The position numbers and the translations under genes were made by a program. Below, one piece after another: positions 9,405-20,737 of a DNA stretch of 64,000 nt (positions within the stretch are counted from its first letter, which is position 1; each line of letters begins with the position of its first letter). The stretch spans positions 7,324,655 through 7,388,654 of the forward strand of contig NC_134033.1 of the NCBI RefSeq assembly GCF_964204645.1, written 5' to 3'. The DNA is from Tubulanus polymorphus (taxonomy: Eukaryota; Animalia; Nemertea). The notes beneath the pieces are model-generated. The model was not told the origin of the DNA. It did not search any database and was given only the letters and a program-made list of their open reading frames with translations.

Positions 9405-10793
9405 TTAAAATTTAAAATATAATATTCCTCCGATTACAATTCCTATACAAGTTATAGCTAATTTAGTATTTTCATGGGATTTATTATCATCGTTTAGTTT
9501 AATTATATCATGTTGAATTTTATCAGTTCTATTATTTTCTGATGTATTGTAATCTTTTATTTTAGAATTATTATTTAATTTAATATTCTTAGTTTTAGTT
9601 TCAGTTGATTGAATATGTTTTTTATTTTTTTCACCTTCCATTAATTTTGGAGCAGTAATAATCTTTTTATTTATATCATTCAATCCAAATGAATTATTTA
9701 TTGTTGCAGTTTTAATTAGATTATTATAACCAATTATGTTTCCCATCTTTAATACTAAATCATTAGAAATAATTAATAGATTAGGGCCTATACAAAAATT
9801 AAGTCTTACATGAGATTTATCTAAATAATTTTGATATCTTATAATGTTTTCTGGAATCGATCTATTTTTATCATTATGAATTGAATCTTCAAATAAAACT
9901 TTAAATTGTTTTTGTGTATCGAATGATGTATTCAAATTTCCAATTATCGGTGATCTTGTTTCAACTTGTGATCCTAGAATACAAATCAAATAAGTTCTAA
10001 TAGATTGATTCATTCTTTCTATACCTGATTTAGTAAAACCTTCACTATTTTCTAAAATAAAATAAACCCAACCATTATTGTTTTCTTGTTTTAAATTATC
10101 ATAAAATTTTGGTAATTTATTGAAATTTAATGTTTCTAAATCCTTTGTTTCTATTTTACCATAACCTAATTTATTATTATAGATATTATAAAAACTATTA
10201 GATGGTATGGGAAGTGCACAATATTCTGCAATCTTTCTAGGGCATGGAAGTGATCTTATTGTTCCAATTTTTGTTCTAAAATCAGAATTATTTATATCTA
10301 TATTAAATTCATTGCAAATCTTATAAAACTTAGATAAATTAATATTATTATCTAATTCTTTGAAATACCTAGATCCTGGTAAAGCGCACTCTAATTCATT
10401 TAATATTATTCTGATTTGAAAGTATGTATGAAATCTAAATAAACTTTGAATTAATTTATATTTAGAATTATTCAAATGATCATTCCAACTAATTCCACAT
10501 CCTGTTGTTGCACAATAAACAGCAAAATTTAATTGATTCTGCCAATACTTCATATTAGATTTTAATAACCATTGTTTTTCATCTTTCAATTTTTTAAAAT
10601 TAATTAAATATATATGAAATATATTTTCCATCTTTGCATTAAAATTATTAGTTTCAGTAACATAAATTTCTAAATTAGTTAATGAATCTAAAACTTCATT
10701 TCTATATGTAATATCTTTATTAAAATCTATTGCTGGAATATTATATTTAATTGATTTATTATATCGGAAAGCTTTTGGAAAACTATCTACCAT
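9405..10793 (-). CDS. Conserved Polinton protein (462 aa; WQNQLNFAVYCATTGCG motif) with C-terminal TM anchor
   Basis: Intact ORF; homolog at 55228-57764. Confidence 0.85.
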   Translation of the reverse strand: MVDSFPKAFRYNKSIKYNIPAIDFNKDITYRNEVLDSLTNLEIYVTETNNFNAKMENIFHIYLINFKKLKDEKQWLLKSNMKYWQNQLNFAVYCATTGCGISWNDHLNNSKYKLIQSLFRFHTYFQIRIILNELECALPGSRYFKELDNNINLSKFYKICNEFNIDINNSDFRTKIGTIRSLPCPRKIAEYCALPIPSNSFYNIYNNKLGYGKIETKDLETLNFNKLPKFYDNLKQENNNGWVYFILENSEGFTKSGIERMNQSIRTYLICILGSQVETRSPIIGNLNTSFDTQKQFKVLFEDSIHNDKNRSIPENIIRYQNYLDKSHVRLNFCIGPNLLIISNDLVLKMGNIIGYNNLIKTATINNSFGLNDINKKIITAPKLMEGEKNKKHIQSTETKTKNIKLNNNSKIKDYNTSENNRTDKIQHDIIKLNDDNKSHENTKLAITCIGIVIGGILYFKF

Positions 10794-10810
10794 TTATATA
10801 ATTAAAAAAA

Positions 10811-11245
10811 TTAATAATTTATTAATTCTTTTAATAATTTATCTTGTTCTTCAACTGTTATATGACCATTTAAACTTATTATATAATCTAGTGTGTTCTT
10901 TAATTTATTAATTTCTTTTATATTAGTTTTAATTTTTTCTTTATTACCTTTTATATTTAATTTTGAACTTATACCAGTTAAAACACTTGAACTTAATCCT
11001 AATACACCAATTGATATAGCTAAAGGTGTTAATGGACTGAATATTGCTAGAAATGTTATTACAGAACTTATTGTAACCGAACCACTTATAATCAAATAAT
11101 ATATAATTTTACTTTTTAAATATTTTTTCTTTTTAACTTTTAAGTCACTTTCAAATTCTAATATTTGTTTTTCTAAATATATTTTTAATTTAGTTTTATT
11201 TATATCATGAGGAATAATATCAATACTATCAACTTTATCTTCCAT
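10811..11245 (-). CDS. Small 2-TM/coiled-coil protein (144 aa)
   Basis: Intact ORF, TAAATG start, homolog in P2. Confidence 0.8.
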   Translation of the reverse strand: MEDKVDSIDIIPHDINKTKLKIYLEKQILEFESDLKVKKKKYLKSKIIYYLIISGSVTISSVITFLAIFSPLTPLAISIGVLGLSSSVLTGISSKLNIKGNKEKIKTNIKEINKLKNTLDYIISLNGHITVEEQDKLLKELINY

Positions 11246-11264
11246 TTATTTAGAATAAAAATTA

Positions 11265-11687
11265 CTAATTAGTAAACTTATAAGCAACAAATATAACAAT
11301 AACTGTTCCACCTAAAATCCAAATTATTTCATATTTCTGTTGTTCTTTACTCGGGGTATAATAATCTGATAATTTAGGTTTGTATAGATGTAATTTTTCT
11401 TTATTGGTTACCGCGTTATATAAACTCATTGCATCATCAACTGATTGAAAATCTCTATGTGAAATCTTCTGATCATATAATTCTTTATTGATGTAATCCA
11501 TATAGTTTTGCCTCTTTTCTCTATATTCTTCTGCAGCTTTATTGTATTTCTCTAACGCTAAGTTATGTCTTCTTTGTTCTCCTAATGAACTATTTTTATC
11601 AATATGTTTAAATAAATAACCACCACCAGTAAATGCTAAAGCGTTAACAATTGCCGATCCTATAATAGTTATAATTGCAGAAGCCAT
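11265..11687 (-). CDS. Small membrane protein (140 aa), hydrophobic N- and C-termini
   Basis: Intact ORF, TAAATG start, homolog in P2. Confidence 0.8.
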   Translation of the reverse strand: MASAIITIIGSAIVNALAFTGGGYLFKHIDKNSSLGEQRRHNLALEKYNKAAEEYREKRQNYMDYINKELYDQKISHRDFQSVDDAMSLYNAVTNKEKLHLYKPKLSDYYTPSKEQQKYEIIWILGGTVIVIFVAYKFTN

Positions 11688-11712
11688 TTATTTAGCAAAA
11701 AAAATTATGCAT

Positions 11713-11934
11713 TTATATGGGAGGAATATATTTTTGTTTTTCCAAATAATCAATTGTTAAATTAGATAAAGTAACTGCTAATGTTAACTTTAAAATATCA
11801 TTGATATCAAATCTATCAACATTAACACTTCCCATTTTGAATACTTTTTTTAATACCATTGAATAACCAACCGTTCCAACTGATAGTAATGCGCCATTAT
11901 ATAATCCAGTTATTATCCACTTATCATCACTCAT
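11713..11934 (-). CDS. Small hydrophobic protein (73 aa)
   Basis: Almost identical intact homolog at 58683-58904. Confidence 0.8.
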   Translation of the reverse strand: MSDDKWIITGLYNGALLSVGTVGYSMVLKKVFKMGSVNVDRFDINDILKLTLAVTLSNLTIDYLEKQKYIPPI

Positions 11935-12282
11935 TTATTTATCAAAAAAATTACTATCATCAAAATATTTAGTTAACTTATTTATAATTAATTCGACATT
12001 TATTTCATTACTACTTTTATGATTATCATATATTTCAATTATTATTTTTTTAATATCATCGATGATAAAATCTTCATCTAATTCATAAAATCTTAAAGAC
12101 TCAGTAATCTTTTCTACATTTAAAGTTTCTTTATCAATTGTTGTTTCATACTCAAATGTTGTTTCATTAGAAAATACAATATTTTTGATATGTGTAATTA
12201 CATCATTAACGTTAAATTTCATTTCTTTCTCACGTTTAAAATCAAATCCAAAACATATACTCGGTCCGACAGTTATATTCAT
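11935..12282 (-). CDS. Hypothetical acidic protein (115 aa)
   Basis: Intact homolog at 58905-59258. Confidence 0.8.
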   Translation of the reverse strand: MNITVGPSICFGFDFKREKEMKFNVNDVITHIKNIVFSNETTFEYETTIDKETLNVEKITESLRFYELDEDFIIDDIKKIIIEIYDNHKSSNEINVELIINKLTKYFDDSNFFDK

Positions 12283-12298
12283 TTATATAGTGAAAAAA

Positions 12299-13054
12299 TT
12301 ACTCTTTACATCTTATAACTAATTCATATATCACAGGAAAGTTATTCAAATCAATTAAATATCCATTTTGATTTCTAATTTCTAATTTAAAATTATTAAA
12401 TTTAGGAATGCATGGTTTAAAATCACATTCAGTTAAATTATAATTTATTTGAGTTCCAAATTGTTTAACATTTTTTAGCGGTAAAATATTCAGTATACTA
12501 GAATTACAAATTGTTTCTTTAGTTGCTTCGAAAGTTTTTGTAGGCTCGATTAAATTGCAATAAATATAAAAGTGTGTAAAAGGTATTATATTTGAGCTGC
12601 CTTCTGCGTTTCCAGTAACTGTAAGCGGTTTAATTCCTAACATTTTAGCCAGTGGTTTGTTTACCATAAATTTATGTTGTTCATTAGATATCTTTATTCT
12701 AATTTTATTAGTACTATCAATTTTATTAAATTTAATTTCAAATACAGAAGTGCCCCCGATTTTCAACCGAGCTCTTCTATTAATTTCCTGCGCTAATGAT
12801 TCTAAATTATATAATCCTGGTTTTAAAAATATATGAAACCATTTATCTTTATTTCTCATATAAATCATAAACCCTCTATGTTCAAAAGTTTTATCCGATA
12901 CATTGTAAAAAGAATTACATAAACTTATATTAACTAATTTTAAATCTACACAATTCTTAAATTCTCTATCTAATTGAACTAGTAAATTATGTGATTTATA
13001 ATTTGTAAGTCTTCTAGAATCAACAAATATTCTGTATTCTTTTAATTCCACCAT
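12299..13054 (-). CDS. Minor capsid protein / penton (single jelly-roll, inferred)
   Basis: IFVDSR start, ISLCNSFYNV, GLYN, FYIYCNLI, LEIRNQNGYLIDLNN motifs typical of Polinton/virophage pentons. Confidence 0.72.
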   Translation of the reverse strand: MVELKEYRIFVDSRRLTNYKSHNLLVQLDREFKNCVDLKLVNISLCNSFYNVSDKTFEHRGFMIYMRNKDKWFHIFLKPGLYNLESLAQEINRRARLKIGGTSVFEIKFNKIDSTNKIRIKISNEQHKFMVNKPLAKMLGIKPLTVTGNAEGSSNIIPFTHFYIYCNLIEPTKTFEATKETICNSSILNILPLKNVKQFGTQINYNLTECDFKPCIPKFNNFKLEIRNQNGYLIDLNNFPVIYELVIRCKE

Positions 13055-13071
13055 TTATTTTACATATTTTC

Positions 13072-13413
13072 TTATTCGAAATCTATTTCATGGTGCCCTT
13101 TTTCATTCTTACCTTTATATACGAAATAGAAATCACCAGAATATAATTCTTCTAGATCTTCACTTGATAATCTATGAAATCTATCTGGTAAATAAGTTCT
13201 GAATTTATATTTATTTCCTTTTAATCCTTCATATTCTAAATGAATTACTAATTTATCTCCATATTTATTAGTAATTGTTTCAATGTTAGTAATTAAATAT
13301 TTCTTGTGAATTGTTAACTCAGTTAGTTTTTTAAATTTATAATCTACAGATTTGACGCTTGAAGTATCTTTAATTCTATCTAAGAATTCACTGTGTACTT
13401 GTTTACTCTCCAT
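13072..13413 (-). CDS. Small protein, possible OB-fold nucleic-acid-binding protein (KYG...LP.RF)
   Basis: Intact ORF next to polB; diverged homolog at 44067-44393; fold is inference. Confidence 0.7.
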   Translation of the reverse strand: MESKQVHSEFLDRIKDTSSVKSVDYKFKKLTELTIHKKYLITNIETITNKYGDKLVIHLEYEGLKGNKYKFRTYLPDRFHRLSSEDLEELYSGDFYFVYKGKNEKGHHEIDFE

Positions 13414-13428
13414 TTATTATACAAATTT

Positions 13429-16400
13429 TTATTGAAATTGATTATATTTATACTCATTTTCTTTTGTTTCTTCTCTTTTGAATTTTATATATTCATCTAA
13501 ATTGCAACCATATGCAACTGTATGAATTCCATCATCTAAAATATATCTTTTATCATCAAATGGGTTTAGACTTATCTTCTCTATCTCTTCAATATACATT
13601 TCATGATCTTCAGATCTTAAACATTTCATCTTATGTTTTCTAACTTCTTCATTAAATATACAATCGATGTAATCTTTGAAATGAATATTCTTTTCAACAA
13701 CGCTTTTGGTAATTCCTTTTAACTTTTTAGCTTCATGAGTTTTGGTTTTATATGAATACATTTTAGATCTAATACCAATGAACTCTATCATTTCTTCACC
13801 ACCTAATTCATCTTTGAATTTACCGGGAACTTTTTTATTATCATTGCTAAACAATTCATGATTTTTTGGATAATTACTAAAATCAAAATGGTGTTTTAAT
13901 GTTTTTAAATCATCAGTTATGTTATCAGTTTTTATCTTTAATATGTAACTGTCAGTATCAAAGTATAGAATTTCTATGTGTTTTTCTCCAAAATGAGGTT
14001 GTAATACGTTATAGTAAAATTTATACATTAATAACTTTGATAATTCTAAAACTGCAGCTCCAACATAAATTGGTTTATTAAATTTCATTGAAGTTCTTTT
14101 CATTTTAACTGCTGCTAAATTTTCATCAAATATTCTGTTACCTATAAACTTAGGATATGATTGTAAATGCCTTATCCTTTTACCATTACTAACTAACTCA
14201 ATATCATTTCTATTTCTAATATTTTCACAAGTCTTACCATAGAATGCATTATTCATTAACTTGAAGAAATCTTTTTCAAAATCAGTTTTAGCTTTAGTTC
14301 TCTGTGTAGTATTAAAATCTATATATTTTTCTAACCATTTAGATTGACTGAATGAAATATATCTATGTACTTTTTTTAATATCATTCCTTGTCTCAAATA
14401 AAACTTCAACATTCTATAATGCACAACGTAATTATATTTATCTTCTTGAGTTACCATTAACTTTTCTGTATGAATATGATTTTCGGGTTTAATTCTTTTT
14501 TGGTAATTTGATAATTCTTCATGAGTTACAGTTTTATGTTCGGGACAGTAAGCTAGATTTCTAGATTTGAATTTAATATTTTCAGGATATTCCAAGTCTA
14601 TAACAAAGAAGTAACCAATATCTGAATCATCTGCAATATCTAGGATTCTTTTCTTCCAATCAAATTTATCAATTTGTAAAACTTCAGTTATTTCAAACAT
14701 CCCATAAGGTTGTGGTTCCATCATTGCCCAACCATAAAGATTATTTGCATCTATGTATAATAATTTATATCCAGGATTATCATTTACATTGAAATATCTA
14801 TCACCCAATACACCTGAAACACCTCCTCTTATAGATTTTTCAAATAATAGTAATTGATCTATATTTGTTAACAAATCCATTTTTATATCTGTAAATTTTA
14901 ATCCACAATCCCATGTTAATCCTGGTGATGAATAACAATGACAAGGATCAATATTGAAATATTTTAGGTTTACATCTCTAAACCTTTCGAATATATCGGT
15001 TGATAATAATACATCTGATTTTAAATATAAATCTACTAATTGCCCGTGATTTTCTATTTTGAAATGATTCCAAATATTCAATGTTCTATTATAGACTTCA
15101 TCTTTAACATATTCATTTTTTAATTCATCATAAAATTGTTCTTTTAATAATTCAGTTATTTTAAAATCATTATGATTTTTATAGAAAGAATATGGAATTG
15201 CTCCTTTATATCTCATTAATTTAAAATCATCATTATTTGGGTAGTGTTGTTTTAATATTTTTAATTCATCATCAACTAATGATTTTGATAAGTTATCTAA
15301 TGAACTATTTAAAAATCTATATGAATCTATAAATCTTAGACAACCAAATTGGAATGATATATAATTCTCAGATGTTTTAGCTAACATTCTAAATTTATAA
15401 GTTGATACTTTGTCATCTTTTAATCTATTTGAATTTAATATTTCTATTTCATTATTGATTTCTTCTATTTTATGACATAACTGTTTGATGAATAAATGCG
15501 CGTCATATCCTGATAGATTATGAAATATAATGGGGACAAAATTGATTTTCTTTGCTTGTAAGTTACAATTCTCATGTGCAGCGCCTCTAAACTTTCCATT
15601 CAAATGATCATGATCTCTTACCTTTTTATCAGATGAATAGAATACTTGATTACAATAATAACATTTATCTGCAAACTCAAATTCTTCTTTATCTTCTTCT
15701 GTCATAATTATTTCTTTATTTGTATTCAATAATTTACTAAATCTTATTTCATATTCAATTAATAAGTCACAAAAATGATTGATAACATTTTCATTTCTGT
15801 AATTATAATATTCACTTTCAATTAGTTCTGGATAATCAGATTTAATATATAACCCGAAAGCTGCAGCACTTTGATGAATTTTTTTGATAGTATTTGTTAT
15901 TATAGGATCTGAATAATCACTTTCATTAGAATTTAATTTCTTTCTTTTATAATATATATCTTTTCTATCTTTATCTGTTAATTCTTTATTTAATGATTCA
16001 AAATCTCCATATATTACAAATGGTACTTTATTTTTGTAATCATATTTTTTGAATTCTAATATTTTATCTTTTTCATTTGGTAAAACTAATTTACAATAAT
16101 CATGATTATCACATAGTTGTTTATGATTTAATAATGTACTTTCATTACTAAATTTATGTAAACATTTTCTACAAAGATATATTTTATTATGGTGATCACT
16201 TTCTGTTCTAAAAAATAAATCTATTTGTTTAATCCACATATAATGATTCTCATAATATAGTATATCTATAACATCATTTGAATCATAATCTTTTGATAGG
16301 TATAAAGGTTCTAATGTATAATGTTTAATATTATTTCCTTTTGTATTTGGTAATTTGATTAAATCAAATACATTTATCTTTATATTATTATCTCTTTCTA

Positions 16401-17448
16401 TTTTTGGAATATTTTTAATTCTAACAGGATACTTATCTATCTTATAATTATTTTCAAATTGTTTATAATGAGTTAATCTACAAATATTATAAGTTGCAGG
16501 ATGTAAACAACTTATTATAGTCCATAGTAAACATTTATCATCAAAATTTTGTACATTTATTACAGCATTAGTTTTAAATGGTAGTTTAATATAACTCGAT
16601 GCTTCAATATCAGGTTCTTTATAATATGATAAATTATTTTCATCAATTGGTTTTGATTTAGTTAACTTATTATATTTTGTGTTATAAACATGTAAAGTTA
16701 TAAATATTATCTCATCAAATATCAAACCAGATCCTTCAAAATATTTCTCTTCTATTTTAGTTTTTACTTCATTATAACATTTATCTAATTTATCATCTAT
16801 ATGTTGTTTAGATATAATATGTTGTGAATGAGAATTTATATTATATATTGGTTTATCTTCAGATTTTATAAATTTAACTTTAACTGATATACTAATTTTT
16901 GGATATTCAACATCTGTAATTATTTTTATTATTTCTTTCATATTTTCTAAATGTTTTTTATTTTCTTCTATTGTTTTTCCTTTATGAAATTTAAACTCGA
17001 TAGCTGCTGGACCAATATCACTTTTAAATGCTTCGGTTATCTCTATATCTTTTTTATTATCTAATGAATTAATATAATTTCTTACATCTTCCATATATGG
17101 TCTTTTATTGTTTAATTTATTTTTTATTCTTTTAATTGTCTTCTGTTTCTTATCATTATCATTATCAAAATAATCTTCACCTAAAATATCATTATTCTTA
17201 TTTCTAATATGACTTATAGATTTTAAATGTTCTTTATAATATCTTTTATCACTGAATGATTGATTACATGTATCACATTTGTATGCTTTTTCATTCTTTA
17301 ATTCATCTAATTTAGTTTCTAATATATCATCTTCATACTCTAGTTTCAATTTATTCTCTAAATGTGTTTTAGTTTTATTGTGTCTTGCTTTTTGAGACTT
17401 ATCTATATTTATCTTACATGTTGGGCAGTAGTACTTATTTGCTTCCAT
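13429..17448 (-). CDS. polB: Protein-primed family B DNA polymerase (1339 aa), N-terminal zinc fingers, EndoVII-like insert; intein-free allele
   Basis: YGDFES (ExoI), FHNLSGYDAH (ExoII), RDHDHLNGKFRGAAHENCN, YIDANNLYGWAM, KLMNNAFYGK, YFDTDS. Confidence 0.97.
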   Translation of the reverse strand: MEANKYYCPTCKINIDKSQKARHNKTKTHLENKLKLEYEDDILETKLDELKNEKAYKCDTCNQSFSDKRYYKEHLKSISHIRNKNNDILGEDYFDNDNDKKQKTIKRIKNKLNNKRPYMEDVRNYINSLDNKKDIEITEAFKSDIGPAAIEFKFHKGKTIEENKKHLENMKEIIKIITDVEYPKISISVKVKFIKSEDKPIYNINSHSQHIISKQHIDDKLDKCYNEVKTKIEEKYFEGSGLIFDEIIFITLHVYNTKYNKLTKSKPIDENNLSYYKEPDIEASSYIKLPFKTNAVINVQNFDDKCLLWTIISCLHPATYNICRLTHYKQFENNYKIDKYPVRIKNIPKIERDNNIKINVFDLIKLPNTKGNNIKHYTLEPLYLSKDYDSNDVIDILYYENHYMWIKQIDLFFRTESDHHNKIYLCRKCLHKFSNESTLLNHKQLCDNHDYCKLVLPNEKDKILEFKKYDYKNKVPFVIYGDFESLNKELTDKDRKDIYYKRKKLNSNESDYSDPIITNTIKKIHQSAAAFGLYIKSDYPELIESEYYNYRNENVINHFCDLLIEYEIRFSKLLNTNKEIIMTEEDKEEFEFADKCYYCNQVFYSSDKKVRDHDHLNGKFRGAAHENCNLQAKKINFVPIIFHNLSGYDAHLFIKQLCHKIEEINNEIEILNSNRLKDDKVSTYKFRMLAKTSENYISFQFGCLRFIDSYRFLNSSLDNLSKSLVDDELKILKQHYPNNDDFKLMRYKGAIPYSFYKNHNDFKITELLKEQFYDELKNEYVKDEVYNRTLNIWNHFKIENHGQLVDLYLKSDVLLSTDIFERFRDVNLKYFNIDPCHCYSSPGLTWDCGLKFTDIKMDLLTNIDQLLLFEKSIRGGVSGVLGDRYFNVNDNPGYKLLYIDANNLYGWAMMEPQPYGMFEITEVLQIDKFDWKKRILDIADDSDIGYFFVIDLEYPENIKFKSRNLAYCPEHKTVTHEELSNYQKRIKPENHIHTEKLMVTQEDKYNYVVHYRMLKFYLRQGMILKKVHRYISFSQSKWLEKYIDFNTTQRTKAKTDFEKDFFKLMNNAFYGKTCENIRNRNDIELVSNGKRIRHLQSYPKFIGNRIFDENLAAVKMKRTSMKFNKPIYVGAAVLELSKLLMYKFYYNVLQPHFGEKHIEILYFDTDSYILKIKTDNITDDLKTLKHHFDFSNYPKNHELFSNDNKKVPGKFKDELGGEEMIEFIGIRSKMYSYKTKTHEAKKLKGITKSVVEKNIHFKDYIDCIFNEEVRKHKMKCLRSEDHEMYIEEIEKISLNPFDDKRYILDDGIHTVAYGCNLDEYIKFKREETKENEYKYNQFQ

Positions 17449-17794
17449 TTTAATACTATATTTTTTATTAAAATTGATTTTAGAAGTTCAATGATTTAAA
17501 TGTTATTCATTTATGTGAATATTTTAAGAGTAATAGGGATAATGGGCTTTCGGGTTAAAGGTTGAACGGGCGGATGAGTAAAAATGAAAAACATAAAAAT
17601 AATAACAATTTATACTTGAATTAGGAGTGAAACTCATAAAATGAAAAATAAATTCGAGCGTGTGAGAATTTATTTTTCATTTTTATGAGTTTTGCGAGTA
17701 ATTCAGGTATAAATTGTTATTACTTTTATGTTTTTCATTTTTTACGAGCTCGACCGTTCGACCTTTGATCTGAAAGCCCATTATCCCTATTACT
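17335..17794 (-). repeat. P1 right TIR; 17529-17794 palindromic
   Basis: Reverse complement of 1130-1589. Confidence 0.95.
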
Positions 17795-20737
17795 CACATG
17801 TTATTTTTTTTAGGAAAGTAAAGGCGAAAATGGCAAGTTTCTAGATGGTGGTATTGAATTTCTACGTCACACAGCAGTATTGGTTGACATCTCACATGAC
17901 AGGTGATGGCTACTTTTCTCTTTCTCCAAACAACGATCTCAGGAATCTGATAATCTTAAGTGAAACCCCAATTGAACCAAATTAAAACTGGAACAGCATT
18001 AATTATCTAAATCAATGGCGAACTCTGTCTGGTCAACAGATGTCACACAGAATGCAATATGTAATAAATGTTGGATGAACAACAATGATGATAATTTTTA
18101 ATAAATGTTATATATTTCGACAGGCGACTTATCACCGATAGCCATAACCCTCGACTGAACCAGCTAAGAGAAGTACAGAAATGGTTTAAAAAGTGGGAGG
18201 ATAGTGTGATGAATATGCCAGACATCACTTCTGCAGAAAAAAAATGTTGCTGAGCTACCAATGTCGTGATTATCTGAATTCATCCATAGATGGCTTCATT
18301 CGTCTATGTGAAGACAAGTAATATTGACTTCAAATTGAATTGATCATTTCCATCAATTTTTAATATATTTTTTGAATTTTCAAATGAGAAAATCATAGGC
18401 TACCTGGCGGGTCAATTTATCAGGCTTTCTTGAGAAAGATATCTTTTTCTTACATGTTCATCCTATCTTATTTTCAGTGCGAGTGTCATCTCTATAAATC
18501 CCAGCAGAGTAAATAGTGATAGCATCGAAAATCACTTTTGTATGCAAAGAGGAATGTGCAATGGTTCGAAGACTAACCCAACATATTTTGACTACACAAG
18601 AGCGGGGAATGCAATCATCTTGTCAGAGACAGTGGTTTCGAAGAAAGCAAATGCAGCAACCAACCATAAAAGATCAAATCCGTATGCATTTCATATTGGA
18701 AAGCCACTAGTTCCGAGAAGATCAAAGCGTGGCTGTCTACAGGACATAACTAATACAGGTTAATTGTGAATATTGAAAAGAGTTATATTCTACAGATATT
18801 TATTTTATATTCCAACAATATGGGCAAATATATTCATCATCATTACTCTGCAACTGCTTCCATTCTTCATCGTCAAAAATCTCTGCACAATAACGATGGA
18901 ACCACCGATTGCATCTATCGGACTGAATCCAGTCCTCCCCTGATTTATATTCCTGCTGACATTCTCTACAAATATTTGCCACATTTACAGAAACCTTTCT
19001 TCTTTTTCGACTCGAACTTGATGCAGACGATGATGATTCGGGTCCACCTAATACACCTTCATTTGGTATAACATCATTATGCTGTAAAGCATTATTCAGT
19101 TTGGCAATTAAAATGCTAACAGTATCCTTTTGAGCAACTTTAATATTGTATGCCCTGCATAAAGCTACATAATCACACTTTTTGTATTTAAGTGTCAGCA
19201 AGCCAGCGTTGCACGCTATATCCTTTAAAATACGGTGGCTACTAGATTATCCTGGCGTAGAATCATTCTCAATATCGCAGTATTTCAAACATGTAATAGA
19301 CGTAGGATTTGGATCACCGGACACACTAGATTTAGCCATGAGAACTTTTTTCCGATGTGCAACTCCTTTTTTCTTCTTTATTTAGTTCAGATAATCTTTC
19401 CGTAGCTGAGCAATGCCTACTTTCGTATAGAGAAGGATAACATCGTTGAACATCTCAGATACTAACGCCTCAAACGAAATATCCCGGCAGCTGTAGCATT
19501 CGTTGCTAAATAGCGCAATAAACGATTCTTTTATGTTGGCATCACTAACAATACTATTTATCAATCCTTCGTGATAAATTCCGCCATATTTATACAAATT
19601 TTTGATTGTTTGAAATTTCGTCACAACTTCACAAAGCAAGCAGAAAAAGGAGAGTACATCATCCCTGATATGAGACAGGCCCTGATTAATGTTTTGACGA
19701 CGACTAGTTTCTAGCAAACTTGCAGCATCGGTGGATTCTGCCAGAATTTGCGATTCTGACCGAACCAATTGCGAGTACAATTTTATGGAGGCTGCATGTT
19801 TTCTCATAGATGTCCGCTCAATATGGCCACTCTTCCCGATCAAACGATTAACAGCCTGCTGTTTACGGTACTTCAGTCGGGCAATACAGAATCCTCCAAC
19901 GTAGCGAATTTTACCTCTAACACCTGCTGCAATTTCCTTGGTTAATGTACTGCGACTGACTGAAGGAGATAAGCGAAACATGCTCACAATGATATCAGCC
20001 TGGAATCTGGGGGAGGGGGTTTCAAAATCATAATTCTTTATTTTACATGCTTTGTGCATTGGTTGTTTTTCAAGCTGTGAATGAGTTATTTACTTACTAT
20101 GTATTTTATTAGACGTTTCAACGACAGCATCAGCTATGTTCTTTATTTGGTTTTCACGCAATACTTTAAATAATCGGAATGCGGGATGCCATTGTTCTTT
20201 TGAAAGCACCTGTCTATCAAACATTATCTGGCGGCGTGTCTTGTATTCCCTGTTATCGATATTGTGCAAATCTTGGTAAATTGCAGATAATTCTTTTTGT
20301 TGGTGGCCTTTGGAAATATGCGATGTCACAATTTCATTTATCTTACAGTAACAGTAGGCTACAAAGTCTTTCAAATTATCATGCGGCACAGACTCGAGGT
20401 TGTTATTCACATCTGATTGAAAATCATTCGGTGTCGAATACTTTGCACTACTCAAAACTGCAACAATGTCTACATGTTGAGGCAAATGATATTGTACTAT
20501 TGTTGACACTTGTTCCACGAATTCATCAATCGCTACCAATTCGATATCAGTTACTTCGTCCACGTCCACAATATCTTCATCTGGTTCGCAAGCAGAATTG
20601 CTGGGAATTGTCTCGAGTGCTTCCGCTGAAGCCATTTCAACAAAACAACAATTATTGATTTCAATATTATCCGATTTTATAGCGTCAATTTTATCATAGA
20701 ATTCGATCACGTCGGCTGGCTGCGGAATAATTTTTGC
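17795..20737 (+). repeat. Left P arm, inner segment (with 1000-1129); inverted copy of 22926-26347
   Basis: Paired near-identical ORFs on opposite strands; left copy lacks ~24845-25225. Confidence 0.93.

Larger units (their letters stand above)
1130..17794. mobile_element. Polinton/Maverick P1 (complete, 16,665 bp)
   Basis: AGT...ACT termini, 6-bp TSD CACATG (1124-1129, 17795-17800), single CACATG empty site in the paralogous arm (26218-26223, reverse strand); encodes pPolB, RVE integrase, packaging ATPase, capsid proteins. Confidence 0.97.
830..18763 (+). pseudogene. Internally deleted P transposase copy (left arm); Polinton P1 sits in one of its introns
   Basis: 5' exon start, deletion at ~990-1000 removing the catalytic core, then HLAEEVLDKDML exon, GT intron at 1059 ending TTTTTAG at 17813, LREVQKWFKKWE and NSDSIENHFCMQRG (catalytic E) exons. 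Confidence 0.75.

Noticed and set aside
7917-11099. Plus-strand ORFs antisense to Polinton genes (also 53752-54825, 5756-6263)
   Set aside because: Shadow frames of AT-rich coding strands; no TAAATG starts or motifs
15560-15665. EndoVII-like zinc domain inside PolB as a novelty
   Set aside because: Known feature of one major group of Polinton pPolBs
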